DNA of 64,000 nucleotides from Blastocatellia bacterium. Its GTDB lineage: Bacteria; Acidobacteriota; Blastocatellia; UBA7656. The position numbers and the translations under genes are program-made. Shown here in pieces: positions 1 through 10,123 of this stretch (its first letter is position 1; each line of letters starts with the position of its first letter). The stretch is taken from NCBI GenBank assembly GCA_963737945.1, contig CAVTUR010000016.1:128317-192316 (forward strand), in the 5' to 3' direction. The notes under the pieces are model-generated. The model did not search any database and had not been told where the DNA came from. It saw only the letters and a list, made by a program, of their open reading frames with translations.

Positions 1-1729
1 GAAAACCCTCGACGGGCACAATTCGCTCGCCTTCCAGACGCGAGACCCCACCCAGCGTCAGGAACCACAAGCTGCTCCCCCCGCGCGAACCCGGAACGCC
101 GGGGGCAACGATGACCTGCTGCACGTCGTTGTCGGCAAGACCGCGGCTTGTTGTGAAGCTGACAAAGCTGTAGAAGTCAGAGCTGATCGCGCCATTATCG
201 GTTGCGAACCATACGTTGCCTTCGCGGCCGGTGAAGATCGCCGCGACTTGATCGCGATCGAAAAAACTGACTCGCCGAGACTCCTGGCGGGCCGGGTCGT
301 AAACGATGACCCCGCCGGCGTCGACTGCGACCCAAATGCGCCCGCTGAGGTCAGATCCTATGGCGCGAAAGCCTCCATCGCGAGCGCCGCTGACACTCCT
401 CAGCGCCTCTATTATCGGCCGCTGCACCCTACCCCTATCTATCAGCAAGAGTTCGCGCCCGGTCGCCAGCCATATCCTGCCCGCGCCGTCTACAAATATG
501 TCCCGGGCGTCGTCCGCTCTTACCCGGTCCTCCGGTTTGTTTCTCGCGCCCCGGGACTCACGCCAGGTCTGGAATGAGACGACCTTCTCCCCTTCGAGAA
601 TGGACACGCCGTTTGCGGCCGCGATCCACAGGCTGCCGTCCTTGTCCTGCGCAAGCGCTCTCACATCATCGGACGGCAAGTCACGGGGTAGCGCGAAGGG
701 AATGAGGGCTCGGCCATCGAACCGGAAAAGGCCCGGCGCTCCCGCGACCCAGACGGTTCCGGCTGAGTCGACGAAGACCTGGCGAGCACCGGGGATCTCG
801 AAGGCAACCCCCTCGTCCTCGCCGCCCTTTGCGATTCGCCGAACACTTCGAGAAGTGGCAATCCAAATCGTCCCGTTTCTATCCTCTGTAATCGACCGCA
901 CGTCCTCGCCTGAGAGGTGTTCGAAAACAGATCCTGCGACGCCAGACGAGGTGAATTCGGCGCCGTTGAACCGCGCGATACCCCTGTCAGTGCCGAACCA
1001 CATCCATCCCTCACTATCCTGAAATACCGCTTGAACGTTTTTCGATGGCAGATTGGGAACCGTGTAACGCAAGACGGCTTTCTCATTAATGGGAATGACC
1101 GGGGCGACCAGTAGTTGGAGCGGGAACTCGGTGGTGATGCCCGGCGAGATGAACACATCGTTGCGGTACTCATCGTAACCGCGCAGCGCAGCGCTCAATT
1201 GAAATGATCCCGGTGCGAGTTTTCCAAAATAGGCGTCGCCGTACTCGTCGGTCACGCTTCGTGCCGCTAGTGCGCCCACCGCGGCCCGCTCCTTCGCGTA
1301 GAGACTTACCGTAACGCCTGCAAGCGGCTGGCTGCCGGCATCCAGCACCGCGACGTGCAGCGACGACGAGGTGAGCTTGACCGGTTGGGTGACCAACGTC
1401 TCGTCGGGGCGCAGGGTAACGTTCACCGCTTCTTTGCGGAACCTGGCTGCTTCGACTGTGATGCGATATCGCGCAGGCTTGAGGTTGTGAAACTCAAACT
1501 TGCCATCGGCCTGCGTGTTTATCGACGACGACAGGTCGCCGGCGCTGAGAGTCACCTTGGCGTTTGCCAGAGGGGCGCCTCGGTCGTCCTGAATAACACC
1601 GAATATCGACCCGCCGCCGGTCTGACTGCTGGTTTGCTGTCCGGCAGGGTTCGCTTCCACAATCAGCGCGAACACCAGCAAACCTGTGAGCAGCAATACC
1701 TTCCCGGCTCGGTGGGCTGATTCAATCAT
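1..1729 (-). CDS. Secreted CarboxypepD_reg-like domain / two-component regulator propeller repeat protein (5' partial, continues past window start)
   Basis: Manual reverse-complement translation gives one continuous ORF from the ATG at 1729 down to position 1 (not in the ORF track because it has no in-window stop). N-terminal signal peptide MIESAHRAGKVLLLTGLLVFALIVEA, Ig-like CarboxypepD_reg region, then repeated W-F/W-I-A-T beta-propeller motifs (GWMWFGTDRGIARFNG, GTIWIATSRS, GSLWIAAANGVS). Confidence 0.7.
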   Translation of the reverse strand, partial: MIESAHRAGKVLLLTGLLVFALIVEANPAGQQTSSQTGGGSIFGVIQDDRGAPLANAKVTLSAGDLSSSINTQADGKFEFHNLKPARYRITVEAARFRKEAVNVTLRPDETLVTQPVKLTSSSLHVAVLDAGSQPLAGVTVSLYAKERAAVGALAARSVTDEYGDAYFGKLAPGSFQLSAALRGYDEYRNDVFISPGITTEFPLQLLVAPVIPINEKAVLRYTVPNLPSKNVQAVFQDSEGWMWFGTDRGIARFNGAEFTSSGVAGSVFEHLSGEDVRSITEDRNGTIWIATSRSVRRIAKGGEDEGVAFEIPGARQVFVDSAGTVWVAGAPGLFRFDGRALIPFALPRDLPSDDVRALAQDKDGSLWIAAANGVSILEGEKVVSFQTWRESRGARNKPEDRVRADDARDIFVDGAGRIWLATGRELLLIDRGRVQRPIIEALRSVSGARDGGFRAIGSDLSGRIWVAVDAGGVIVYDPARQESRRVSFFDRDQVAAIFTGREGNVWFATDNGAISSDFYSFVSFTTSRGLADNDVQQVIVAPGVPGSRGGSSLWFLTLGGVSRLEGERIVPVEGF

Positions 1730-1858
1730 GGCTGGGATGCGTATAGGCACTTCTATGTTCGTGAGAAACGGTGCGGATCTTTGCGCGTTTGAGTATACAC
1801 GCCGCAAAAGCGCGGTATCAAGAATCAGGCGCAGGCCACTGACTTCGATATTCCCAGC

Positions 1859-2743
1859 CTACTTCGCGGCCTCCCGATATGCACGCGGAGTAACACCGGT
1901 GACTGCTTTGAACATCTTTGTGAAGTGGCTCTGGCTCTGGTAGCCGACAAGCGACGCGATCTCGCTTATGGGAAGCAGCGTTTCCGCAAGCAACTTGCGG
2001 GCGCGCTCCAACCGCAGGTTCGCCAGATAAACGTGAGGCGTTACACCGCTGATTTGCTTGAAGAACCTCGCGAAATGATACTCGGAAAGATAAGCCGCCG
2101 AAGCGATCTCCTCGACCGCAATCTCGCGTCCAAAATTGTCGTGCATGAACTCGACCGCACGCCGCAATCGGCGGTCGACTGGTCCTGCGCGCGACAGTTC
2201 CATCTGATCCGATTTTCGCACCGTTAGATAACAACGCAGCAGGTGAATCACAACCTGGCGCACCAGCGCATCGAGCATGGCCGCGTGACCCACCCGCTCA
2301 ACAGACATCTCGCCAACGATGGCGCGAGCCAATCGTGTGAGCGTCTCATCGGCAATCACGCTGTTGAGAAACACAATGTCCGCGGAAGTACGCATTAGTC
2401 CGATCTCGGCGACCAGTTCATTCACCAAAATCGGATTGACCCCGATTGAAACAAACTCGACCCCCAACGCGTGAGCCGAGTGGCTCTGTCCCACGTTGGT
2501 CAGCGCGACCTCTCCGTGCGATACCTCGAACGCGCGCCCGCCGATTGTCGCCGTCATTCGCCCGTCGAGCACGATGGTCACATTGAAGGTCGAGTGAGCG
2601 TGAGGCTGGAACTCGCAAGTCGCGGTTATTGTGTGGCGAACAACAAATTGGGGCCGCGAAACGAATCTTTGCACTTCGCTCAGGGTCCGTTCTTCTCTTG
2701 CGGCAGACGCTAGTGGATTTTTGTTATTCACCGCTGCACTCAT
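1859..2743 (-). CDS. AraC family transcriptional regulator (cupin-like N-terminus, AraC HTH C-terminus)
   Basis: 294-aa ORF; C-terminal AraC-type HTH signature (EIASLVGYQSQSHFTKMFKAVTGVTPRAYR). Confidence 0.85.
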   Translation of the reverse strand: MSAAVNNKNPLASAAREERTLSEVQRFVSRPQFVVRHTITATCEFQPHAHSTFNVTIVLDGRMTATIGGRAFEVSHGEVALTNVGQSHSAHALGVEFVSIGVNPILVNELVAEIGLMRTSADIVFLNSVIADETLTRLARAIVGEMSVERVGHAAMLDALVRQVVIHLLRCYLTVRKSDQMELSRAGPVDRRLRRAVEFMHDNFGREIAVEEIASAAYLSEYHFARFFKQISGVTPHVYLANLRLERARKLLAETLLPISEIASLVGYQSQSHFTKMFKAVTGVTPRAYREAAK

Positions 2744-2827
2744 TGCATTATCACAGTTGAGTAGATAATAGGGTTCGCGGCAAGGGTGAGCAACTTGTCA
2801 ATGAGGCATTCGGGCGGCCAAGGGTAT

Positions 2828-3301
2828 CTATTTTGTCGAGGCCCGGGCCTTTGCTGCGGCAGCTTTTTGAGCCTTCTGGCAGGCGGCACATATTCCAAAG
2901 ATTCGGTGGCTATGATGAAGCGGTTTGAATCTGTAGCGGCGAACGATCTTGTCCTGAAGCTGCTCGATTTGCTCGTTGTAGAACTCGATCAGCGCCCCGC
3001 AACCCGTGCAGATCAAGTGGTCGTGATGCGTGTGCTTGTAGTCGTGCTCGTACAGCATCCGCCCGTCGTGGAATTCGAGCTCACGAGCCAGGCCACACTC
3101 CTTTAGGAGCTTCAAGGTTCGATACACCGTGGTGAACCCAACCGAGGGGTCCTTGGCTTTGATAATCGAGTACAAATCCTCGCTGGAAACATGCCCCTCA
3201 GTATCCAGAAACACATCGAGGATCAAATCTCGCTGAGTCGTGCGCTTGAGCCCTGCACGCTTGAGATGCTCCTGGAAAATCTTCTTTTCTTCGCGTTCCA
3301 T
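2828..3301 (-). CDS. Fur family metal-responsive transcriptional regulator
   Basis: [31 protein letters not shown]...[11 protein letters not shown]...CAAC; typical Fur winged helix plus metal sites. Start chosen at the internal ATG (3299-3301) of the longer 207-aa ORF. Confidence 0.85.
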   Translation of the reverse strand: MEREEKKIFQEHLKRAGLKRTTQRDLILDVFLDTEGHVSSEDLYSIIKAKDPSVGFTTVYRTLKLLKECGLARELEFHDGRMLYEHDYKHTHHDHLICTGCGALIEFYNEQIEQLQDKIVRRYRFKPLHHSHRIFGICAACQKAQKAAAAKARASTK

Positions 3302-3450
3302 AAGCGGTCCGGCAGGAATCGTCAGAATTATACACAAGGGGGCCGAACTGGCAAAAGTGGGCCACGGTTGATTTAGCTCGCGCGGCTGGTTTATTCTCGA
3401 TCCGCTGGAGGAAAGGATCCCTCGCGGACTGGTTGTTGCCGCATAACACA

Positions 3451-4368
3451 ATGGTCATAAAATCGGCTTTTCTGTACCTCTCAAAAAGCGACCGATTCAA
3501 GCAGTTTCTCACTCGCTTCAAGTCCTTTAACAATGTGACCCGGCGATTTGTAGCGGGCGAGGAGCTGACCGATGCGATTGAGGCAATCCGCCAGCTAAAC
3601 CGCCAGGGGATCAGCGCCTCATTCGATCATCTTGGCGAGTCAATTACTTCCGAACTCGAGACTCACGAGGAAGTAAACGAATACGTTCACGTTCTCGACA
3701 GCATCAGCGTCGGCGAACTCGACTCGAATGTGTCAGTAAAGCTGACGCAGCTTGGACTGGATGTCAGCCAGGACCTTTGTTACAGAAACGCACGGACGAT
3801 CGTCGAGGCCGCGGTCCGGTGCAACAACAATTTCGTTCGCATCGATATGGAGGAGTCATCGAAAACCGACGCGACGCTTCAAGTGTTCAAGCGGCTGAGA
3901 GCGGATTTTGAAAACGTCGGGATTGTCATTCAAGCCTACCTCTTTCGCAGCGAGAAGGACATTGAGGACTTGCTAAAGCTCGGCGCCAGAATTCGAATAT
4001 GCAAAGGCGCGTACAAGGAGCCCTCCTCGGTTGCGTTTCCGAATAAGGCCGACGTCGATGCGAACTACATCAAGCTCACAAAACTGCTGTTGAGTTCGGG
4101 CGCATACCACGGCATCGCGACCCACGATGAGAACATGATCGCGGCAACCACTAAGTTCGCCAAAGATCAAAGCATTTCGCCAGACAAGTTCGAGTTTCAG
4201 ATGCTGTACGGAATAAGACGCGACCTGCAGGATAAGCTGGTGCGAGAAGGTTACCGCATGCGAGTCTATGTGCCTTACGGCCGATATTGGTACCCCTATT
4301 TTATGCGGCGGCTGGCAGAGCGTCCCGCCAATATGTGGTTCGTTCTGAGAAACGCGATGAAAGGCTAG
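3451..4368 (+). CDS. Proline dehydrogenase (monofunctional ProDH)
   Basis: ProDH TIM-barrel motifs ([25 protein letters not shown]); ATG at 3451 preferred over the upstream TTG of the track ORF. Confidence 0.85.
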   Translation: MVIKSAFLYLSKSDRFKQFLTRFKSFNNVTRRFVAGEELTDAIEAIRQLNRQGISASFDHLGESITSELETHEEVNEYVHVLDSISVGELDSNVSVKLTQLGLDVSQDLCYRNARTIVEAAVRCNNNFVRIDMEESSKTDATLQVFKRLRADFENVGIVIQAYLFRSEKDIEDLLKLGARIRICKGAYKEPSSVAFPNKADVDANYIKLTKLLLSSGAYHGIATHDENMIAATTKFAKDQSISPDKFEFQMLYGIRRDLQDKLVREGYRMRVYVPYGRYWYPYFMRRLAERPANMWFVLRNAMKG

Positions 4369-4391
4369 CGCATGGTTCCGCTTGGACCTGC

Positions 4392-4456
4392 ACGAGCGTC
4401 CGACCGCTTCCGCGTCCGACTGCTTCCGCGTCCGACAACCTGAAGTCTGTCGGACA
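4392..4456. repeat. Tandem 16-mer (CCGCTTCCGCGTCCGA x2) followed by an inverted partner (GTCCGACA...TGTCGGAC) forming a hairpin
   Basis: Direct reading of the sequence downstream of proDH. Confidence 0.4.
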
Positions 4457-4482
4457 TTCACACTGTACAAGCCCTCAGTAAG

Positions 4483-4512
4483 AAAAAGCCGCTTCCTCGG
4501 AAGCGGCTTTCG
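4483..4512. terminator. Bidirectional rho-independent terminator between convergent proDH and ctpA
   Basis: AAAAAGCCGCTTCC-TCG-GAAGCGGCTTT: 10-bp GC-rich stem, 3-nt loop, with an A-run on one side and a T-run on the other. Confidence 0.55.
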
Positions 4513-4543
4513 ACAGTCTCTCTCATTCACTAAGACAGCTTAT

Positions 4544-5869
4544 TCAGGTTGTGATGCGAGTTTCGTGAATCACGCTGTCGGTTAGAATCGGTGCCTTCAG
4601 AGCGGCGCGCTTTTGAGCGGCCTGCGCCTTGACCGGCGTTTGTTTGATTAGCTCGAACGCCTTCTTCAACTGAACATCCTCAACCGGCTGAGGCGGCTTT
4701 GGAGGTGTGACCTGCGCCTGCGGTTCGGGCTTATCTTCAGAGTCCTCGTCATCATCGCCGTCGGGCAGAATGACTTCCGCTTCAACCGGGCGGTCAACCT
4801 TGACCGTCGGGTTGACCGGCTCTTCCATGAACGCCTTGCCCGTCGCCGGCGCATACTTCGCGGTAGTTATCAACAGCGCGCCCTCGTCAGAGAGCTTAAA
4901 CAGTTGTTGATCCGAACCCGTTCCAAAGGTCCGCTCGCCGACAAGGTCACCGCGCTTTTGATCACGGATTGCAGCGGCAATCGCTTCGGCGGGTCCGGCA
5001 GTGCTGCGGTCGATCACAACAGTGAGCGGGCCGTTGAACACAACCTTGGCAGGATCGGCAGCAAATGTTTCGGTCTCCTTGTCGGCCTTGCCTAACACTC
5101 TGGCGATTGTGCCCGAACCTACAAACAGGTTCGCCACCGCAACCCCTTCCTGCAGTCTCCCGTTGGCAGCACCTCGCAGATCGAGCACGATCCTCTGGGC
5201 GCCTTTCGCGGTCAAATCGTTTAACGCTGTCTTCACATCGGCGGCTTTGCCGTCGGCAAGCGAGGTGACCTTGATATACCCAATCCCTGGCTCCTCGATG
5301 CGCGATTCGATCGCCGGTTGAGCAATTTTCGCGCGGGTCAACGTCACTCTTCGCGATTGGCCCTGGTGCAGTATTCGCACCTCAGACGAGGTACCCGGTT
5401 GACCGCTTAGCAGCTGCTCGATGTCGTACAGGCTCAGGTCGCGGGATGGAATCTTGCCTACATACTCGATGAAATCGCCTGAACGTATTCCTGCTTGCTC
5501 GGCAGGCGAACCCTTAAGCACCGCCACCGTGTAAGCGTAACCACCTACCTTTGAGAGCAGCAGTCCGGTCTCAGCGCGATTTGCCTTTGGATCATACTGC
5601 TTGACCTGCTCAGGCGTCAGATAAGCGCTATATGGATCGAGGCCCTCGGCGAGTCCGCGCAGACTGCCAATTCTGACTTTCTCGAGATCGGGTTGATCGA
5701 CGTAATCGCGGATGATGTGGTTGAGCACTTCATCGAAAATCTGGACCTGCCCGTATTGGCTTCCACGAGCCACAACCTGTCCGGACTTCGACATGAAGCT
5801 GCCAACGATAGCGTAGAAGGCAATTATCGTAGAAAAGACGACTATGGCTATCTTACTCTTAAACCGCAT
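4544..5869 (-). CDS. ctpA: Carboxyl-terminal processing protease (S41 family, PDZ domain)
   Basis: S41 motifs (TVVIDRSTAGPAEAIAAAIRDQKRGDLVGERTFGTG), PDZ (GIRSGDFIEYVGK), N-terminal membrane anchor MRFKSKIAIVVFSTIIAFYAIVG. The longer track ORF (to 6025) runs into the GA/CT repeat and is rejected as the start. Confidence 0.8.
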   Translation of the reverse strand: MRFKSKIAIVVFSTIIAFYAIVGSFMSKSGQVVARGSQYGQVQIFDEVLNHIIRDYVDQPDLEKVRIGSLRGLAEGLDPYSAYLTPEQVKQYDPKANRAETGLLLSKVGGYAYTVAVLKGSPAEQAGIRSGDFIEYVGKIPSRDLSLYDIEQLLSGQPGTSSEVRILHQGQSRRVTLTRAKIAQPAIESRIEEPGIGYIKVTSLADGKAADVKTALNDLTAKGAQRIVLDLRGAANGRLQEGVAVANLFVGSGTIARVLGKADKETETFAADPAKVVFNGPLTVVIDRSTAGPAEAIAAAIRDQKRGDLVGERTFGTGSDQQLFKLSDEGALLITTAKYAPATGKAFMEEPVNPTVKVDRPVEAEVILPDGDDDEDSEDKPEPQAQVTPPKPPQPVEDVQLKKAFELIKQTPVKAQAAQKRAALKAPILTDSVIHETRITT

Positions 5870-5930
5870 CTGGTACTCCTTAGTGGGTTTTAGGCAGAAC
5901 CATCTTAACCCGCGAGAAATGCCCGGCGCA

Positions 5931-6102
5931 AGGATAAGGAGAGAAGGGGAGAGAAGGGGCAGAGGGGGAGAAGGGGAGAAAGGGAGAAGGGGAGAAAGGG
6001 AGAGGGGGAGAAAGGGAGAAAGCACTGTTCTCTCAGATCCGCTCTCAGCTCCCCTTCTCCCTTTCTCCCCTTCTCCCCTCCTCTCCCCTCCCCTTTCCCT
6101 TT
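5931..6102. repeat. Purine-rich tandem octamer array (GGAGAAGG[G] units, ~90 nt), a loop, then the complementary pyrimidine-rich array: long imperfect hairpin in the divergent ctpA/ruvX intergenic region
   Basis: Seen directly: 5931-6022 is a GA-only tract, 6050-6102 a CT-only tract of complementary units. Confidence 0.6.
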
Positions 6103-6130
6103 GCGCCGCGCTTTCCTATACTTTTCGCTA

Positions 6131-6550
6131 ATGCGAGTGCTTGCCATTGACCTCGGAACGAAGAACATCGGAACGGCGATTTCAGATGGTCTGGGGATAA
6201 CTGTTCGTCCAGTCGAGACTATCCGGAGATCCGCAGACGAGCGCGACATTAGTCGACTGAAGTTCCTGGTTGAAGACCTCGAAGCAGAAGCTGTGGTCGT
6301 TGGTCTGCCCTTAAGAATGGATGGCACAGTCGGCGACGCGGCCGCTGCGGCAATGCGATTCGTGGAAAAGCTACGCGCTCGAGTCAAGGTCGCAGTCTTC
6401 ACGCAAGACGAACGGCTCACCAGTTACGAGGCCGAACAGATGATGATCGAGCGTGGCTTTGCGAGGAGCAAACGACGCGCGCGCTCAGATGAATTCGCCG
6501 CGATGATAATTCTGCAGGACTACTTATCGTCCGCGAAGGCGAGAAGCTAA
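6131..6550 (+). CDS. ruvX: Holliday junction resolvase-like protein YqgF/RuvX
   Basis: MRVLAIDLGTKNIGTAISD...VVGLPLRMDGT; conserved pairing with mltG downstream. Confidence 0.85.
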   Translation: MRVLAIDLGTKNIGTAISDGLGITVRPVETIRRSADERDISRLKFLVEDLEAEAVVVGLPLRMDGTVGDAAAAAMRFVEKLRARVKVAVFTQDERLTSYEAEQMMIERGFARSKRRARSDEFAAMIILQDYLSSAKARS

Positions 6551-6585
6551 TTCAACCGAGCCACTCAGGAACACTTTTCAGGTAT

Positions 6586-7647
6586 ATGATTTCAGCTCGA
6601 CGGCGGCCAATTCGCACTCTATTCAGGCTACTCGTCATAGTCTTTCTAGTCGCCGGGGTATTCGCCCTGTGGGTCAGGAAAACCGTAACTACGCCTGCCG
6701 AACATCAATCCGCGGATCGGGTGGTAGCTATCGATCCGGGCTCCGGGACAAAGGCGATAATCGGGCGTCTCTCGGAGGCTGGAGTAGTAACTCATCCGCT
6801 CGCGCTCACGATATATCTTCGCATCACCGGCAAGGGCAGCAACCTCAAGGCAGGCGACTACAAGTTCCCTTCTCCGATCTCACCGCTTCAAGCTATCGAA
6901 AAGATCCGTCGAGGCGATGTCGATCTCGATCGGGTTACTATACCAGAGGGCTTCAATCGATTTGATATCGCGCAGACTCTTGCGGCAAAGACCGGCAAGG
7001 CGACTACGGAAGAGTTTCTTCGCTTGATGGAGTATCAAACCTCGATAGAGCAAATCGCGCCCACAGCCCGCAACCTTGAAGGCTATTTGTTCCCCGATAC
7101 CTACAACTACAACGCGAAGACCACGCCTGCGGATCTGATTCAATTGATGGTCAGTCGTTTTGAAGAGGTGTTCACACCCGACTGGTCCGAGAGGGCGACT
7201 CAGCTTGGCTTAACGGTGCACCAGGTAGTCACTCTGGCTTCGATAATAGAGAAAGAGGCGAAGGTGGCCGACGAACGCCCGCACATAGCTTCGGTGTTTT
7301 TCAACAGACTCAAGCGCGGGATGCCGCTCGCAAGCGATCCAACTTTTATCTACGCGGCGATACTGGCGGGGGACTACGACGGCAACCCAAACCAGTTGAG
7401 GCTCCGCGACCGGCACTCGCCATACAACACCTATCTCATAGTCGGGTTGCCCCCGGGGCCGATTGCGTCGCCGGGGCGCGCCTCATTGGAGGCGGTGCTG
7501 AATCCGGACAACACCGATGACTTGTATTTTGTAGTCAACGGCACCGGGGGCAGGCATAAGTTCTCGCGCACCGCTGCCGAGCATGAGACAGCGGTCGAAG
7601 AGTACCGCCGTCAGCAGCGCGAGCTTCAGCAACAGCGTGGCCGCTAG
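6586..7647 (+). CDS. mltG: Endolytic murein transglycosylase MltG (YceG family)
   Basis: YceG motifs (TIPEGFNRFDIA, YLFPDTYNY, LASIIEKEA, SDPTFIYA, PPGPIASPG). Confidence 0.85.
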   Translation: MISARRRPIRTLFRLLVIVFLVAGVFALWVRKTVTTPAEHQSADRVVAIDPGSGTKAIIGRLSEAGVVTHPLALTIYLRITGKGSNLKAGDYKFPSPISPLQAIEKIRRGDVDLDRVTIPEGFNRFDIAQTLAAKTGKATTEEFLRLMEYQTSIEQIAPTARNLEGYLFPDTYNYNAKTTPADLIQLMVSRFEEVFTPDWSERATQLGLTVHQVVTLASIIEKEAKVADERPHIASVFFNRLKRGMPLASDPTFIYAAILAGDYDGNPNQLRLRDRHSPYNTYLIVGLPPGPIASPGRASLEAVLNPDNTDDLYFVVNGTGGRHKFSRTAAEHETAVEEYRRQQRELQQQRGR

Positions 7648-8795
7648 CGTTCTTCGGTCGGCCGTTCACTCAAGCGGACCGGAACAGTAACACGGCTTCC
7701 CTGACGCAGTACTTCGACGTCGACCGTTTCTCCGGGTTTCTTGTCCTGCAGCGCTTCCTGAAGATTGTCGGTGTTGGCGACCTTCCGGCCACCGACCGAG
7801 AGTATCACGTCGCCGAGTTGCTGAAGCGACATACCGTAGATCGACTCCCGTATAGACGCCGGGCGAAGTCCCGCTGCGGCCGCACCGCTGCCCCGGTACA
7901 CGTTTCCAACGATGATGCCTTCCGCCACCGGCAGGCTGAATGCGCTCGCAATCCGCTGGTTCAAAGGTAACGTAGAGACACCCAGCCACGGACGCGATAC
8001 ATAGCCTTTGCTCAAGATTTCAGGGATGATGCGCTTCGCTATGTCCACCGGCACCGCGAAACCTATGCCTATCGAGCCGCCTCCGGCATTGGGTTGAATC
8101 GCGGTGTTTATTCCGACCATCTCGCCCTTCGCATTCAACAGCGGCCCGCCGGAATTGCCGGGATTGATCGCCGCGTCAGTCTGAATCGCGCCATTTATGG
8201 TGCGGCGCGCAGCCTGATCGAAAAGGGGTCTCTCAAGTCCACTGATGATACCGGTGGTCAGGGTCCGCTGGAGCCCGAACGGATTTCCGATCGCCAGCAT
8301 CTTCTGCCCCACCTCGAGCCCTTGTGATGTTCCAAGCTTGACAACCGTCAAGCGCTGGCCCCGCGCCACGTCAACCTTTATGACTGCCAGATCGTCATCT
8401 CGATCGGTCCCAACAACCTTTCCGGGGTACTTCTCGTTCTCAACCTGCACCTCGAGCTGCGTAGCCCCCTGGATTACATGATAGTTGGTGAGGATGTACC
8501 CGCGCTCATCAATGATTGAGCCCGAGCCAGTCCCTTCAGATGGGACGGGGCCCCAGAAGCCTTCCTGATATGAGTGATTGGTGATATTGACGACGCCGGG
8601 GCTGACCGCCCGATAGATCTCGATGTTGTTCTGTTCGTCGGTTGCGACGGTCGGGTCGGCGATGGCGACCGGTTCAACCGAAAGCGGCCCGTGTTCAAAT
8701 ACGCGCTGTGCGCAGGCCGCGATCGCAACCGCCACCAACGCTGAGAACAACGCTACCGATATTAGTTGTTTGGCCGATATCCTGTACATGGTCAA
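7644..8795 (-). CDS. HtrA/DegP-family serine protease (trypsin-like S1C plus PDZ)
   Basis: Catalytic triad contexts (TNYHVI, DLAVIKV, GNSGGPLLN) and a C-terminal PDZ domain. Confidence 0.85.
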   Translation of the reverse strand: MTMYRISAKQLISVALFSALVAVAIAACAQRVFEHGPLSVEPVAIADPTVATDEQNNIEIYRAVSPGVVNITNHSYQEGFWGPVPSEGTGSGSIIDERGYILTNYHVIQGATQLEVQVENEKYPGKVVGTDRDDDLAVIKVDVARGQRLTVVKLGTSQGLEVGQKMLAIGNPFGLQRTLTTGIISGLERPLFDQAARRTINGAIQTDAAINPGNSGGPLLNAKGEMVGINTAIQPNAGGGSIGIGFAVPVDIAKRIIPEILSKGYVSRPWLGVSTLPLNQRIASAFSLPVAEGIIVGNVYRGSGAAAAGLRPASIRESIYGMSLQQLGDVILSVGGRKVANTDNLQEALQDKKPGETVDVEVLRQGSRVTVPVRLSERPTEER

Positions 8796-9015
8796 CGCCT
8801 CCTTTGATTCTTCGGCAGAAAGATAATGTTAGTCGAAAACCAGTCGGATGATCCACTCCCGCGTCGACAAATCCCACCACATCCTGATGCGAGCTAAATA
8901 GCAGGCGCGGGGCAGATCAATAACGACCGGCGCCTGCCTCGGGTTGCATCATTTCTCTGCGGGGTAAGTGTGCAGCATTTGTGAAGGATCGCGTGGCGGC
9001 GGTAGCGTGACAGTG

Positions 9016-9918
9016 CTAACGCGTAGGTTTTTCGCCAACGATTATGTAGCTTCGCAAGCCGCCCGCCACTTCGGTGACGTCCTTTGAATAAGTGGCCTTC
9101 ACCTGACGGTATTCCCTGATCACCTCGACGATGTCCTGTGCGGTTGCCAGACCCGGCTCCTGATACTCGACCGCCCAGGTCTTGAAATTTGAGGCTGGTT
9201 TTAGCAGCCGATCGAGCGATGCAAGATAGGATTGCTTGGATTGAGAAGGTGCTGCGCTCTTGCGCGCGTCTGCGCGTTCGTTACTGATCAGGCCACCGAC
9301 CCAGGCCTCGCGCCACTCAGACCTCGCTTCGGCTCCGCCGCGACCCGTATGCGAGGAGGGTGCGCGCAAATAGAGGAGATCGGTTCGCGCGCGCTTGATG
9401 AAATCCTCGGCCGGCTGATTGTAGCTGCGATTGTGCGGTTGCCCCGCCGGACCAGCGAAGGCCCGGCCGGCAAGGCGCCAGAACACCGTTGTCAATGGCC
9501 GCCTGAGGTCGAGAGTCTCTTCTTCAAAAGACAGCGCGTAGTCTCCCGTTTGAAGTCCAAGCGTGAGAGCCTGTGCCTGCATTCGCTCATCATCAATCGC
9601 TTCGATGTTGCGCCGGACGTTATCCATCCACCAGGCGTCGGTTTCGCCGAACCATCGCCGCAAGCCCGGGTTCGCCAGCCTGCTCCTAGGAACGTAAACG
9701 TCTTCGAGTATCCGACCGATCGTTTCTTCACCCAGTGGTTCGATGGCCTCAACGCTTGCAAGAGCCATAGTCGATGCCCACGCTCGCGGATCGTTGGCGA
9801 AGATCACCTTCCCCCATGCTTTCAAATACCAATCCAAACGCGCTTCGCTCCAGAACGGAATAGCGATCGAGCGAAACTCAAGCTGGCGCAACACACTTGC
9901 CTGGAAACCGAGCAGCAT
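9016..9918 (-). CDS. Hypothetical protein (possibly TcmP-like; start uncertain)
   Basis: The 407-aa track ORF has a low-complexity N-terminal third that overlaps the HD-GYP tail in another frame. The probable real start is the internal Met (MLLGFQASVLRQLEF...). Weak resemblance of IPFWSEARLDWYLKAWGKVIF to the TcmP N-terminal motif, from memory only. Confidence 0.35.
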   Translation of the reverse strand: MLLGFQASVLRQLEFRSIAIPFWSEARLDWYLKAWGKVIFANDPRAWASTMALASVEAIEPLGEETIGRILEDVYVPRSRLANPGLRRWFGETDAWWMDNVRRNIEAIDDERMQAQALTLGLQTGDYALSFEEETLDLRRPLTTVFWRLAGRAFAGPAGQPHNRSYNQPAEDFIKRARTDLLYLRAPSSHTGRGGAEARSEWREAWVGGLISNERADARKSAAPSQSKQSYLASLDRLLKPASNFKTWAVEYQEPGLATAQDIVEVIREYRQVKATYSKDVTEVAGGLRSYIIVGEKPTR

Positions 9919-10123
9919 TTTCCTGTTGGAGCGAGGGCCGACCCACTTGCTCCAGTGCGGCGAATCGCCGGCGCCAATCTCATCGGACCTGGAGCGGGCG
10001 AGCAACGACTCGAGCAAAGACAGGGCGGGAGGTGATTCGAGGTATCCCGGTCGTGCGGGAGACGCGGTCTCTCCCGCGTGCGTGCCGTCGATTGACTGCT
10101 CAGATCTCTGTCGCTCGGGAGGA

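Noticed and set aside
248-1720. Plus-strand ORFs 248..577, 306..1022, 917..1114 and 1355..1720
   Set aside because: They lie antisense to, and inside, the continuous minus-strand propeller-protein gene (1..1729), which has clear domain motifs; high GC produces long spurious antisense ORFs.
4544-6025. Extended 493-aa form of ctpA beginning MLSPFLPLSLSPLLPFSPSP...
   Set aside because: The N-terminal 52 residues are translation of the CT-rich repeat arm; a membrane-anchor Met (MRFKSK) at 5869 gives a normal S41 protease.
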